IMG/VR virus record: IMGVR_UViG_3300018429_000006
Coordinates: 1 to 53,170 of that record
DNA from: a virus
Taxonomy: Duplodnaviria; Caudoviricetes
DNA length: 53,170 nt
Reading direction: 5' to 3' (one strand)
Shown here: in pieces, positions 31,454 through 41,415 of the stretch
Layout of the letters: each line of letters opens with the position of its first letter
Numbering within the stretch: position 1 is the first letter of the stretch
Translations under genes and position numbers: made by a program
The notes under the pieces: generated by a model
Seen by the model: only the letters and a program-made list of their open reading frames with translations
What the model was told of the DNA's origin: nothing
The model's database searches: none

Positions 31454-31500
31454 ACTTTCGCCCTCAACCATGCTACAATGTAGGCTGACGAAAGGACACT

Positions 31501-32322
31501 ATGTATATTATTCTTGACCGACCCTCTAATGACGAGTTCGACCGGATCTACGACCACATCAACAACCTTGACGATAAGATTATTGGCTCTGATACGGATG
31601 CTGAGGAGTACGTTCCGAACGGACCTGAGCATGTGGTCTACCCTATCAACCAGTTGGCGGAAGAGCCAGACCGATGGTCAAGCCTCTACCTCGCCTCCCT
31701 TGGTGCACGACTCTACAGTAACCATGTAGACGAAAACCACTGGATGTTCAACTCCCCCATCTTCGCTGGGCCGATCCCTGCTGCCGACAAGACCCGCAAG
31801 GTTGCCGTTGACGGAGCCTTTGCTGAGGGTCGGGCTAGCTATTTCCGCCAGTTTGGTGTAAACTATATTGGTCGTGCAAATGTTGATCCGCAGAACATCT
31901 TCGTTCTGGACAACAAGAAGGGTAATCCCCTTCATGACCCGATCAAGGATGCCTCTCTGGAGGCCCTGTACGCCTCTCTCCCGGACGATTGGTGGCAGTT
32001 GTGTGGATTTGTATCCACGCCTAATATCAAGCGGCTAGAGGCCTTTTTTGAGGCTGTCCCTAGCATCATCCCGATTGCCTTCACCACTGGTGCGAAAGCC
32101 AAGATTAGCTTCTGCGGCTTTGACTATGTGGACGGCATTGCTCCTAACCCTGACTCGACGTATGGGGTCCGGGTTCGGGATTCGGTCAACCGTCTCAGCT
32201 ACAGGTTGAGCCTCACACCTGAACAGCGTGAAGCCTATGAAAAGGCTGAGGAAGACCAAAAGCTGGAGCATGAGCGGCGAACAGCGCTAGCTCGAAAGAG
32301 GGCGCTCGGAATAACAGAATAA
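31501..32322 (+). CDS. hypothetical protein (273 aa)
   Basis: AAAGGA RBS. TAGACT-N17-TACAAT promoter-like sequence at 31451-31479. Confidence 0.7.
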   Translation: MYIILDRPSNDEFDRIYDHINNLDDKIIGSDTDAEEYVPNGPEHVVYPINQLAEEPDRWSSLYLASLGARLYSNHVDENHWMFNSPIFAGPIPAADKTRKVAVDGAFAEGRASYFRQFGVNYIGRANVDPQNIFVLDNKKGNPLHDPIKDASLEALYASLPDDWWQLCGFVSTPNIKRLEAFFEAVPSIIPIAFTTGAKAKISFCGFDYVDGIAPNPDSTYGVRVRDSVNRLSYRLSLTPEQREAYEKAEEDQKLEHERRTALARKRALGITE

Positions 32323-32344
32323 TACAACACAACAAAAGGAAATA

Positions 32345-34141
32345 ATGCCGAGACTACCGGAAGACACGAGCCTTAGGCTTGTGACATGTATTGATGATCT
32401 CTTCGACATGAAGAGATGGATGGGCGAGCGGCGTGATGTGCTTGGACTCGACACCGAAACATCAGGTCTAAATCCTTGGGAACCGGGGGCTAAGCTGAGG
32501 CTGGTCCAGATCGGGGACCATCGAGCGGGCTGGGCTGTGCCGTGGGAAGGCTGGGGAGGCGCGGCCATTGAACTTATGGACGCGTGGACTGGAGATTTCA
32601 CACTTCACAACGCCTCATTCGATGCCAAGTGGCTCAAAGTCCACGCGAACTGGGATATGCCTTGGGACAGGACTCACGACAGCATGATCATGACCCAGAT
32701 CGAGAACCCTTCCATGCCTGCCGACCTGAAGACGCTATCCACTCGATACGTCGATCCGATGGCTGATGCTGGGCAGAAGGATCTCAAGGCTGCAATGAAG
32801 GCCCACAACTGGACATGGGCGACCATTCCGGTGGATTTCCCGGCCTACGCCTTGTACTCAGCACTTGATCCTGTGCTGGCTGCTCATTTGTGGAGCCATT
32901 TGAGAACAGATCTCTCTTTCCCGGTAGCCTATGACCTTGAAATGTCCGTTCGCCGTATCTGTACGGAGATGGAGATGAATGGTATGCGCGTTGACCTTGA
33001 GTATTCCCAGAAGCGGTTCGATGAACTGAAGCTTCAGGTGGAGCAGGCCAAGGCGTGGGCCAAGGAAAACTGGGGTATTGCTATCGGTTCCAACCCTCAG
33101 CTTGCCAAATTCTTCGAGGAAGATCTTGGGGCGAAGTTCGAAGTTTTTTCAAAGACTTCAGGTAAGCCCTCTGTGGACAAGAATCAGATGGAACTCTTTC
33201 TCCACTCTGAGGATGACACCGTTCGTTCGGTAGCACGGTTCATCAACGAAACCCGTAACGCGGACAAGATGTCGAACAGCTACTTCAAGAACTTCCTTGA
33301 GATGAACAACGATGGTATTGTGCACCCGTCTGTAAAGACCATGGGCGCACGTACCGGACGTATGTCGGTGACCTCTCCTGCCTTGCAGACCATCCCTAAA
33401 GATGATACGATGGGTGTACGTAAGGCTTTCATCTCCCGTAATCCGGGCGATATCTTGATCTCCTGTGACTACTCTCAGGTTGAAATGCGTCTTCTGGCGC
33501 ACTTCTCCGGAGATGCTGCTCTTCAGGCTGCATTCAAGGAAGCTGACCTGACCGGTGGAGACTTCTTTGTATCCATTGGCCGACAGGTGTACAATGATCC
33601 TACGTTCTCTAAGAAGGACCCGCGTCGTGGTCTCATGAAGGGTGTCATGTATGGAGCCGCTTATGGTTCCGGCATCCAGAAGATGGCTGACACCGCTGGT
33701 GTCCCATTTGACGAGATGAAGAAGGTATCTGACGATATCTTCGGAGCATACCCCGGAATCAAACGGTTCATGCAGGAAACTGAAGCCTTGGGCAAGCAGC
33801 GTGAAGAGTCTGAAGGCGTCGGCTACATTGTAACCGGAACCGGACGGCACATCCCCGCTGATCCGGGTAAGATGTATACCCTTACGAACTACACGCTTCA
33901 GGGAACTGCGGCGGAACTGATGAAGAAGGCCATAGTAAGATTGGACGCGGCGGGCTATGGTCCGTACCTCCAAATGGCCATCCACGACGAGATGATCTTC
34001 TCCATGCCTCCAGAGATGGTGGAGAAGGCTCTTCCTGAGATTGAGGCAATTATGTCCTACTGCAATGGAGAATTTGCTGTTGACCTTCCGGCTGAGCCTG
34101 AAGTGATTGGTGAGTGCTGGGGGTTGAAGTACGCCGCATGA
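32345..34141 (+). CDS. polA: DNA polymerase I-like (family A; 3'-5' exonuclease + polymerase, no 5' nuclease)
   Basis: LDTETSG, HNASFD, YSALD (exo I-III); RTGRMS, DYSQVEMR (motif A), KGVMYGAAYG (motif B), NYTLQGTAA, IHDE (motif C). Confidence 0.95.
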   Translation: MPRLPEDTSLRLVTCIDDLFDMKRWMGERRDVLGLDTETSGLNPWEPGAKLRLVQIGDHRAGWAVPWEGWGGAAIELMDAWTGDFTLHNASFDAKWLKVHANWDMPWDRTHDSMIMTQIENPSMPADLKTLSTRYVDPMADAGQKDLKAAMKAHNWTWATIPVDFPAYALYSALDPVLAAHLWSHLRTDLSFPVAYDLEMSVRRICTEMEMNGMRVDLEYSQKRFDELKLQVEQAKAWAKENWGIAIGSNPQLAKFFEEDLGAKFEVFSKTSGKPSVDKNQMELFLHSEDDTVRSVARFINETRNADKMSNSYFKNFLEMNNDGIVHPSVKTMGARTGRMSVTSPALQTIPKDDTMGVRKAFISRNPGDILISCDYSQVEMRLLAHFSGDAALQAAFKEADLTGGDFFVSIGRQVYNDPTFSKKDPRRGLMKGVMYGAAYGSGIQKMADTAGVPFDEMKKVSDDIFGAYPGIKRFMQETEALGKQREESEGVGYIVTGTGRHIPADPGKMYTLTNYTLQGTAAELMKKAIVRLDAAGYGPYLQMAIHDEMIFSMPPEMVEKALPEIEAIMSYCNGEFAVDLPAEPEVIGECWGLKYAA

Positions 34142-34593
34142 AATTTTGTAAGTGTGGTTGCCGCTTCCTGCTCTCCATCGACCCCGGATTCTTGACAGGT
34201 GTCTGCATGATCGACTTGATCGATCCGGAGAACCCTGTCAAGGTCTGGGCGGCGGAAGTGACAATGGAGGAATTCTATGATAAGATCGAAGACCTCATCA
34301 AGCAGGAATCCACACATGTGGTCTTCGAACGCTTCAAGATTACTGAGGAAACTCCGGACTCTCCATGGTCGCTTGAACATATCGGAACAATCAAGCTCTT
34401 CTGTTACCGGTATGGGAAGAAGTGGGATCAACAGACACCATCCGATGCAAAGGAGTTCTCCACCAGCGAAAAACTGCAATCCGTTGGATTCTGGCACGTC
34501 GGTGGGGATGGACACGCAAACGATGCTTTCCGCCACGCCATGCTGTGGTACGTGCGCCGGAATGCCCGTTGGACAAAGAAGCTGCTTGTGTGA
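34138..34593 (+). CDS. RuvC-like Holliday junction resolvase
   Basis: ATGA overlap with the polymerase gene. LSIDPG..TG, VVFERF and HANDAFRHA form the RNase H-fold catalytic pattern. Confidence 0.8.
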   Translation: MKFCKCGCRFLLSIDPGFLTGVCMIDLIDPENPVKVWAAEVTMEEFYDKIEDLIKQESTHVVFERFKITEETPDSPWSLEHIGTIKLFCYRYGKKWDQQTPSDAKEFSTSEKLQSVGFWHVGGDGHANDAFRHAMLWYVRRNARWTKKLLV

Positions 34594-34629
34594 TAGAATA
34601 AGGGACTACAGAGAAAATAACAGGTAATA

Positions 34630-36495
34630 ATGGCAGAAATTTATGCTGAGATCGATGAGAAACATCCTCACAAAATCAAGATATCGGAGTTCGAGTGGAA
34701 GTACAAGGTTCTTCTGAACAATGTCCCTTCCTCGCATTTCAACTCCAAAGGTTCCTACTGGAACTATAGCCTTACATGGCAAACCTGTCTAGCCCTTCAG
34801 AACACCTTCAAGGAGAAACTGGAGGTAGGCCCGAATCTCAAAGCATGGATGATGGACCTTTACGGGAAGACCGTACTGCCAGCCTATAACATGCGCATGG
34901 AGATCACGCCTCAGGGCTGGGAAGAGATCATGCCCGACATTGGGCTGTATCCTCACCAGAAGGGTGACGTAGCGTTCCTGACTACGGTCAAGCGTGGTAT
35001 GCTGTTCAACGGCATGGGTAGTGGCAAGTCCATCTCATCCATGTCCGCTGTCCGGTTCCACGCTGCAAACGGTGCTGATGTGTTCCCGATGCTCATTGCC
35101 TGCCCGAACTCCACAAAGTTCTCGTGGGCCAAGGAGATCGAGAAGGCATGGCCGGGACTGAAGATCCACGTGATCGATGGTAACGCAACCCAACGGCGCA
35201 AGCTGCTGGAGGAGGAAGCGCATATCTATATTTTGAACTGGGAGAGCATTAGGTCACACTCCAAGCTCAAGGCTTATGGCCCTGTTGCTTTGAAGCGTTG
35301 CCCGGAATGTAAGGGACTTGATCATACCGTAAAGGTGACCTCCTGTGAGGCCCACGTGCGGGAACTGAACAACATCCAGTTCAAGACCGTGATCGGTGAC
35401 GAGATCCACCGCATCAAGGACCCAGCATCAAAAACCTCTCGGGCCTTCAAGGCCGCTACAGGTGACGCAGAATTCAGGATTGGACTGTCGGGTACCCCGA
35501 TTGCTTCTACCCCTGAGGATCTGTTCTCGCCGCTGAACTGGCTGTTCCCGGAGGCCTACCCTTCCAAGAAGGACTACATCGAGCGGTTCTGCCTCACAGC
35601 GGAATCCGGCTGGGGACCGAAGATCGTCATTGGTCTTCGTCCTGAGATGGAGCAGGAATTCTTCTCGGGCATTGATCCGTTCACGCGGCGCATGGCCAAG
35701 GAAGTGATCCTGCCGTTCCTGCCACCAATCGTGTACGAACGTCGCGACGTGGTGATGGGCATCAAGCAGGCCAAGGCCTACAAGCAGATGCAGGAGCAGA
35801 TGATTGCCGAAGTCTCTGACGGTGAAGTTGTCTTTACAACCTCTCCGCTGACCAAGGCTACCCGGATGCTCCAGTTCTCTTCCTCATACGCTGAGGTCGA
35901 GTACAGGGATGTCTACGACGCTGAACTGGATATGGTGGTCAACAAGCAGTACGTCCGCCTGTCTGACCCGTCGTGTACACTTGACGCGTTCATGGATGAC
36001 CTCTCCGACTACGGTGACGAATCATTGGTAGTCTTTGCAGTATCTTCCCAGCTTATCAACATGCTATCAGCACGTCTCGAAAAGCTAAAGATCCCGCACG
36101 GACTTATTACCGGTGATCAGGATGCCAAAGAGCGAGAAATGCATATGATGAATTTCCAAGCCGGGAAGACAAAATACATCCTGTGCACCATTGCTGCCGG
36201 TGGCACCGGTATTACCCTCACAAAGGGCAGTACAGCCGTCTTCCTTCAGCGTTCTTGGTCCATGATCGATAACCTTCAGGCTGAGGCGCGAGTACACCGT
36301 ATCGGTTCGGAGATCTATGACTTCATCCGAATCGTTGATTACGTCACCAAGGACACGTCTCAGGAGGTCGTAATCCAAGCCGTTGCCGAAAAATCTGACC
36401 AGCTAGAGAAGATTCTACGCGACAAGGTTCTCCTTGAGAAGTATCTAAGGGGAGAACTATCCGAAAAACCAGATAACCAGAAAGACGCCGCATGA
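34630..36495 (+). CDS. SNF2-family DNA helicase with a Zn-finger insertion
   Basis: MGSGKS, DEIH, LSGTP, GTGITL and QAEARVHRIG motifs; CPEC...CEAH insertion. Confidence 0.9.
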   Translation: MAEIYAEIDEKHPHKIKISEFEWKYKVLLNNVPSSHFNSKGSYWNYSLTWQTCLALQNTFKEKLEVGPNLKAWMMDLYGKTVLPAYNMRMEITPQGWEEIMPDIGLYPHQKGDVAFLTTVKRGMLFNGMGSGKSISSMSAVRFHAANGADVFPMLIACPNSTKFSWAKEIEKAWPGLKIHVIDGNATQRRKLLEEEAHIYILNWESIRSHSKLKAYGPVALKRCPECKGLDHTVKVTSCEAHVRELNNIQFKTVIGDEIHRIKDPASKTSRAFKAATGDAEFRIGLSGTPIASTPEDLFSPLNWLFPEAYPSKKDYIERFCLTAESGWGPKIVIGLRPEMEQEFFSGIDPFTRRMAKEVILPFLPPIVYERRDVVMGIKQAKAYKQMQEQMIAEVSDGEVVFTTSPLTKATRMLQFSSSYAEVEYRDVYDAELDMVVNKQYVRLSDPSCTLDAFMDDLSDYGDESLVVFAVSSQLINMLSARLEKLKIPHGLITGDQDAKEREMHMMNFQAGKTKYILCTIAAGGTGITLTKGSTAVFLQRSWSMIDNLQAEARVHRIGSEIYDFIRIVDYVTKDTSQEVVIQAVAEKSDQLEKILRDKVLLEKYLRGELSEKPDNQKDAA

Positions 36496-37253
36496 CTGAA
36501 CAGCCCGTAGATATTGACAAGATGGAACTCACTCCCGTAGAGTTCCGCAGTGACGTGAAGGCCGTCCTCATGGATTCCATGGGCGGGGAAGGCTCTATCG
36601 TCCGCAGAGCGCGTGTAAGTACTGAAGGGGCCGGAAGTGTCAAGATCCCTCAGGCAGTCCTTGAGGGGTCCGATCTGGGCCTCCTGAAGTGGCTCTACCG
36701 GAACCAGCACGGCACGCCGTTTGAAGGTCCGGAGTTTGAGTGGTACTTTGAAGTACCGATCTTTGTCTCCCGCCAGATCGTCAAGCATCGCCTCTCGTCC
36801 ATCAATGAGGAATCAGGCCGGTATCGTGAGATGAAGGGTGTATTTTACGTTGTCCCTGAAGAGGGCCGTAGCATCGTTCAGGTCGGCAAGACTGGAGACT
36901 ACGAGTTCGAAGAAGGCCGTCCAGACCAGCTTGAAGCCCTCCGTGGTGTGCAGATGGGGATGGCTGAGGCTGCTTGGATCAACTACCAGAAGCTGATTGC
37001 CTACGGTATTTCCAAGGAGGTTGCTCGAATGCACCTTCCTGTCAGCCTTTACTCGTCCATGTACTTCAAGGTGAACCTTCGTTCGCTGCTCAACTTCTGC
37101 TCACTCCGCAAGGATTGGGGAGACACAGCCGTACACGCTTCAAAGGCACAGCACGAGATCGCACTCCTGACGGATCAGATCGCTGAAGTACTCAAAGAAA
37201 AGGTCCCTAACGTATGGAATCTCTTCGTGGAAAGCGGCTATCAGGCCGTTTGA
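36492..37253 (+). CDS. thyX: flavin-dependent thymidylate synthase
   Basis: HGTPFE, RQIVKHRLSSINEESGRY (ThyX motif), EVARMHLP, NLRSLLNF, AQHEI. Confidence 0.93.
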   Translation: MTEQPVDIDKMELTPVEFRSDVKAVLMDSMGGEGSIVRRARVSTEGAGSVKIPQAVLEGSDLGLLKWLYRNQHGTPFEGPEFEWYFEVPIFVSRQIVKHRLSSINEESGRYREMKGVFYVVPEEGRSIVQVGKTGDYEFEEGRPDQLEALRGVQMGMAEAAWINYQKLIAYGISKEVARMHLPVSLYSSMYFKVNLRSLLNFCSLRKDWGDTAVHASKAQHEIALLTDQIAEVLKEKVPNVWNLFVESGYQAV

Positions 37254-37276
37254 CATATAAACAAAGTTAGGCTAAA

Positions 37277-38254
37277 ATGGAGTATAACACAGAGCCTTTC
37301 TTGGGGAGAAATCCGGAGTCGGTGTCAATCACCAACTCCGAGATTCAGACCTTCAAGGATTGCAGGCGCAAGTGGTGGCTAGGTAACTATCGTGCCTTGA
37401 AGCCGAAAAAGAAGACGGTCATGGGACCTTTGTCCCTTGGTAACCGTGTTCACAACTCCCTTGAACTGTACTACACTACTGGTGAGAATCCTGTGGACGC
37501 TTACGAGCGGTTCAACAGGGCTGACAACCAACTCTTCCTTGCCTCTCCGGATGCTTCATTTCCGGAGAACGTGAAGAAGTACAACAGTGAAGCAGAACTG
37601 GGACGTATCATGCTTGAGGGCTATATGGACTGGATGAGGGATGAGAATCCCGATGCTGATATTGAGGTTATCGGCGCAGAGCAGAAGCTTTCCTACCGGC
37701 TTACCGACTTCGACCCGCGTGTTGAGATCATGGGTAAGACGGACCTCAAGGTGAAGAGGCGTTCCAACGGTAAGCACGCGTTGCTTGACCATAAGACGGC
37801 TCAATCCTTCAGCATGTATTACGAAACCTCTCACATGTCTGAGCAGCTTATGCTCTACGTCATGCTTGAGAAGCTGGACACCGTGAATGGTGATCCAAAG
37901 GTTGACGGCGGAATTTACAGCCTTATCAAAAAGGTCAAACGTTCCGGCACAGCCAAGCCCCCGTTCTATGAACGACTCGACGTGCGCTTCAACGACAAGC
38001 AGCTACAGTCATTCTGGATTAGGACTTTGGGTACTGTTCGTGATATAATGGAGGTACGAGATCAGCTAGACGCTGGCGGTGACCACAGGTTTATCGCTTA
38101 TCCTAGCCCCACACGAGACTGCACTTGGAAGTGTGACTTCTTCAAGGTCTGCACAATGTTCGATGATGGCTCGTCTGCGGAAGCTATGCTGGAAGATTTC
38201 TATGAGCCAGTAGATCCCAATGCTCGATATGAAGATACAAATGATACACCATAA
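37277..38254 (+). CDS. PD-(D/E)XK (Cas4/RecB-like) exonuclease
   Basis: SEIQTFKDCRRKW, LGNRVH, GKTD..LLDHKT, QLMLY and C-terminal CTWKCDFFKVC. Confidence 0.85.
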   Translation: MEYNTEPFLGRNPESVSITNSEIQTFKDCRRKWWLGNYRALKPKKKTVMGPLSLGNRVHNSLELYYTTGENPVDAYERFNRADNQLFLASPDASFPENVKKYNSEAELGRIMLEGYMDWMRDENPDADIEVIGAEQKLSYRLTDFDPRVEIMGKTDLKVKRRSNGKHALLDHKTAQSFSMYYETSHMSEQLMLYVMLEKLDTVNGDPKVDGGIYSLIKKVKRSGTAKPPFYERLDVRFNDKQLQSFWIRTLGTVRDIMEVRDQLDAGGDHRFIAYPSPTRDCTWKCDFFKVCTMFDDGSSAEAMLEDFYEPVDPNARYEDTNDTP

Positions 38255-38268
38255 GAAAGCGGTACTAA

Positions 38269-39075
38269 ATGTCCGATAGAGCACTAAGTATTCTTGTGCA
38301 TGGACTGGCTGGAGCAGGTAAAACTACCTTCGGAGCCACTGGCCCAAAGCCTATTCTCATCCTTGACGTTGAGAAGGCTGCACGATTCATCAAGGGCCGT
38401 AAGGTCAAGTGGAATCCACTCGCTGATGCCCCTCCCGTTGCTGACGGTAGTTGGGATATTTGCACGGTCTCCGTTGACTCTTTCGACAAGGCCCTGAAAG
38501 CCTATGAGTATCTGAAGAGCGGTCGTCACCCGTTCAAGACTGTTGTCGTTGACTCCATCTCTGAACTACAGTCTAAGGCTGTAGAGAAGATCAAGGGTCG
38601 CCAGCAGCTTCAGACTCAGGACTGGGGAAAGCTTCTTTCCGCAATGTCGTTCTTCTGTCGAGATCTTCGTGACCTCACGGATGACGAGAACATTATTGAG
38701 GCAGTCATCATCACCGCCATGTCTCGCGACTACGACGGTATTATCAAGCCCTATCTTCAGGGCCAGATTGCCTCTCAGGTTCCGTACTGGATGGACATCA
38801 CAGGTTACCTGTATGTCACTCAGGCTCCGGACCCTGCAACGGGGGAAATCAAGGATACCCGCAACCTTCTGATCGGTAATCACCCTAACTACGAGGCTAA
38901 GTCTCGTGTTCCGGGTCTGCCAACAGTGATTGGTGATCCTGATGTCTCCCGAATGCTGAACGAAATCTTCGGTGAAGACGTAGCCCAGCAGAGTTTCGCG
39001 GACCCGACTCATGTTGCTCCAGTTGAGCAGCCTGTTCCGGTGGCCTCGGGGATGCCTGAAAAACCAAGCATCTAG
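38269..39075 (+). CDS. AAA ATPase (Sak4/AAA_24-like recombinase)
   Basis: HGLAGAGKTT Walker A, VVVDSISE Walker B, QDWG, AKSR. Sits between the nuclease and the SSB-like gene. Confidence 0.8.
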   Translation: MSDRALSILVHGLAGAGKTTFGATGPKPILILDVEKAARFIKGRKVKWNPLADAPPVADGSWDICTVSVDSFDKALKAYEYLKSGRHPFKTVVVDSISELQSKAVEKIKGRQQLQTQDWGKLLSAMSFFCRDLRDLTDDENIIEAVIITAMSRDYDGIIKPYLQGQIASQVPYWMDITGYLYVTQAPDPATGEIKDTRNLLIGNHPNYEAKSRVPGLPTVIGDPDVSRMLNEIFGEDVAQQSFADPTHVAPVEQPVPVASGMPEKPSI

Positions 39076-39139
39076 TAGTAATAATCAACAACCTAGCACA
39101 ACAAAACACTAACAACAAGAACTGAACTAAGGAATAACA

Positions 39140-39775
39140 ATGCCCGCAATGGACTGGACAACTCTCAGGAACAAAGCTGAAGAAGGCGCAAAGGAATTTG
39201 CTCTTCTCGGTGAAGGTATGTACACCTTCGTCATCAAGGACGCGGCCAAGGTCGGCCAGACAAACAAGGAGAACCCCAAGTTCTCCATCAACCCTTCGGT
39301 CGAATCCGGTGAGCGTGCGAACGCCCGAGTCTGGCACGACTTCTCTGTAAGCGACAGCGCTTACGCAATGAAGACCTACTTCTTCGGTGAACTGGCCGCT
39401 CTCGGCCTTGGTAACGATTTCTTCGACACCAACCCGACTGAACAGCAGATCGCACAGGCTCTTCAGGGTCGCCGCTTTGTTGCTGAGATCTTCCACGAGA
39501 CCGGCAACGACAATGTGGTACGCGCTAAGATCAAGAGCGGGTCCATCCAGCCTGCTGTTGGTGCAGCACCCGCAGCCGGTGTTCCCGGTGGCCTGCCTGC
39601 TGCCCCTGTAGCGGCCTCTCACAGCCTCCCGGCTCCGGTTGCTCAGACTGCCCCTGTTGTAGCCTCACAGGCCCCTTCAGGCGCTCCTGAGAACCCTTGG
39701 GGTCCGGTAGCTACTGCCACACCGGCACCGGCTCCCGCAGCCAACTCGGTTCCGCTGCCGCCGTCCTTCGGCTAA
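39140..39775 (+). CDS. single-stranded DNA-binding protein (DUF669-like)
   Basis: Strong RBS, LLGEGMYTF..., Pro/Ala-rich tail ending PPSFG, Sak4-SSB synteny. Confidence 0.65.
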   Translation: MPAMDWTTLRNKAEEGAKEFALLGEGMYTFVIKDAAKVGQTNKENPKFSINPSVESGERANARVWHDFSVSDSAYAMKTYFFGELAALGLGNDFFDTNPTEQQIAQALQGRRFVAEIFHETGNDNVVRAKIKSGSIQPAVGAAPAAGVPGGLPAAPVAASHSLPAPVAQTAPVVASQAPSGAPENPWGPVATATPAPAPAANSVPLPPSFG

Positions 39776-39787
39776 GCATTACCACCT

Positions 39788-39828
39788 AAAGTGCGGCCCT
39801 GTGACTTCGGTTGCAGGGCCGTACTTTT
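39788..39828 (+). terminator. intrinsic terminator
   Basis: AAAGTGCGGCCCTGTGAC-TTCG-GTTGCAGGGCCGTACTTTT. Confidence 0.8.
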
Positions 39829-39853
39829 CCCTATACACTAGAAAGAAGACGCA

Positions 39854-40276
39854 ATGACTGAGAACAACGTATTTGACAGCTTCCGCTACCTAACTGAGCA
39901 TTGCGGATCTGCATCTGCATCCAAGGGATGGCATGATGGCCGTCCAGAAGATCCGGCCATGCTGGGGCACTGGCAGGGTAACAAGCTCATGCTGATGGTG
40001 TCAGAGCTTGTAGAAGCCCATGACGAGCTTCGCAATGGCCGCGCAGCCAGCGAAACCTACTACCCGACGTCGATCATCGACAGTGATGGAGAGCCGTCGC
40101 ACACTAAGGCAGGGGCACTCCACAAGCCTGAAGGCGTTCCGTCTGAACTGGCCGACACCGTGATCCGCATCTTTGACTTCTGCTACACTGAGAAGATTGA
40201 CCTCGGCGCAATCATTGAAGAGAAGCTTGCCTACAACGTGACCCGCGAAATGATGCACGGTGGAAAGAAGTTCTAG
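39854..40276 (+). CDS. MazG-like nucleotide pyrophosphohydrolase
   Basis: LMVSELVEAHDELR...SELADTVIRIFD...EKLAYN. Confidence 0.85.
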   Translation: MTENNVFDSFRYLTEHCGSASASKGWHDGRPEDPAMLGHWQGNKLMLMVSELVEAHDELRNGRAASETYYPTSIIDSDGEPSHTKAGALHKPEGVPSELADTVIRIFDFCYTEKIDLGAIIEEKLAYNVTREMMHGGKKF

Positions 40277-40747
40277 ATGCTCACCTTCACTGAAGAGCAT
40301 GACAATCTCCGATCCCGGATGATCTCGCTAGGCTATGGCGGCTACCGTGGGGACGACAAGAAAGTGGTGGACGCCCTCATTGCCGTCCACCTGACCCTAG
40401 AGAGCTACAAGCTCTCACCGAACGCCCAGAACGTCGTTCTGGATCTGCTGAGTAAGAACGGACGAGCATCCTTGGACAACACACCAGACTGGGACGAAGA
40501 TTCGTGGATTGATTTTGACTACGGAAACGTCAAGCAGGGCGAGTTCGTCCGGGTCAAGCCAGACGCTTACGACTCCGAATCCGGGGCAAAGCACAACGGT
40601 TTGGTGGGCGTTTTGCAGTTCATGAAGAACCGCGTCTGCACCGTAGACTACATCGGATTGGCCACCGGAAACAGCCTCAAGCACCCGATGGAGAAACTGC
40701 AATCTCTCAAAGGCGCGTATAATAGAAGACCATCTCAAAACACGTAG
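40277..40747 (+). CDS. hypothetical protein (156 aa) with an SH3-like C-terminus
   Basis: Abuts the MazG stop codon. GEFVRVK...HNGLVGV. Confidence 0.65.
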   Translation: MLTFTEEHDNLRSRMISLGYGGYRGDDKKVVDALIAVHLTLESYKLSPNAQNVVLDLLSKNGRASLDNTPDWDEDSWIDFDYGNVKQGEFVRVKPDAYDSESGAKHNGLVGVLQFMKNRVCTVDYIGLATGNSLKHPMEKLQSLKGAYNRRPSQNT

Positions 40748-40759
40748 GAGTACCCCTAA

Positions 40760-41008
40760 ATGGTGACAGTTTACACCAAACCCAGTTGCGTCCAGTGCAC
40801 CGCAACTTACCGCGCACTTGACAAGGCCGGAATCGCATACCACAGCGTTGACATCACAAAAGATACAGAAGCATTTGACCGCCTGAAGGCGCTTGGACAC
40901 CAGTCCGCACCTGTGGTAGAGTCTCCCGTTGGAGATTGGGCAGGCTTCCAGCCCGACAGGATCACCGAACTCAAGTCCCACTTCGAAACCTCAAACGCCC
41001 TAGGATAA
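40760..41008 (+). CDS. nrdH: NrdH glutaredoxin-like protein
   Basis: VYTKPSCVQC, SAPVV, WAGFQPD. Confidence 0.95.
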   Translation: MVTVYTKPSCVQCTATYRALDKAGIAYHSVDITKDTEAFDRLKALGHQSAPVVESPVGDWAGFQPDRITELKSHFETSNALG

Positions 41009-41010
41009 CC

Positions 41011-41415
41011 ATGATCGTGTTCTTCTCCAGTACGAGCGAGAACACGGCTAGGTTCATAGAAAAACTCGACCTACCTGCTTTGAGACTCCCCCTGAAGACC
41101 GCCGATGCTGGACTTGTCCGCATTGATCAGGACTTCGTTCTAATCACTCCCACCTACGGGAGCGCTAGATCCGGGTTTGTCCCAAAGCAGGTAGTCGCGT
41201 TTTTGAATCAGGAGCAAAATAGGGTAAGATGTAAAGGAGTAATCGGAGCAGGGAATCTCAACTTCCTTGGAGATTACTGCCGTGCCGCAGATATCATCTC
41301 GGCCAAGCTACAAGTACCTCTACTCTACCGCTTTGAACTAGCCGGTACCCCAGAAGACATAACTAAGACACAAGAAGGATTGGACATATTTTGGAAGGGC
41401 CTACAGGATACATAG
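41011..41415 (+). CDS. nrdI: NrdI flavodoxin
   Basis: FSSTSENTARF, LITPTYG, GVIGAGNLNF, FELAGT. ATG at 41011 after AGGA. Confidence 0.93.
   Translation: MIVFFSSTSENTARFIEKLDLPALRLPLKTADAGLVRIDQDFVLITPTYGSARSGFVPKQVVAFLNQEQNRVRCKGVIGAGNLNFLGDYCRAADIISAKLQVPLLYRFELAGTPEDITKTQEGLDIFWKGLQDT

Noticed and set aside
30007-32322. Possible lysis cassette after the tail fibre
   Set aside because: No amidase or peptidase motifs or holin-like transmembrane pattern were seen. Lysis, terminase, portal and primase genes appear to lie outside this window.
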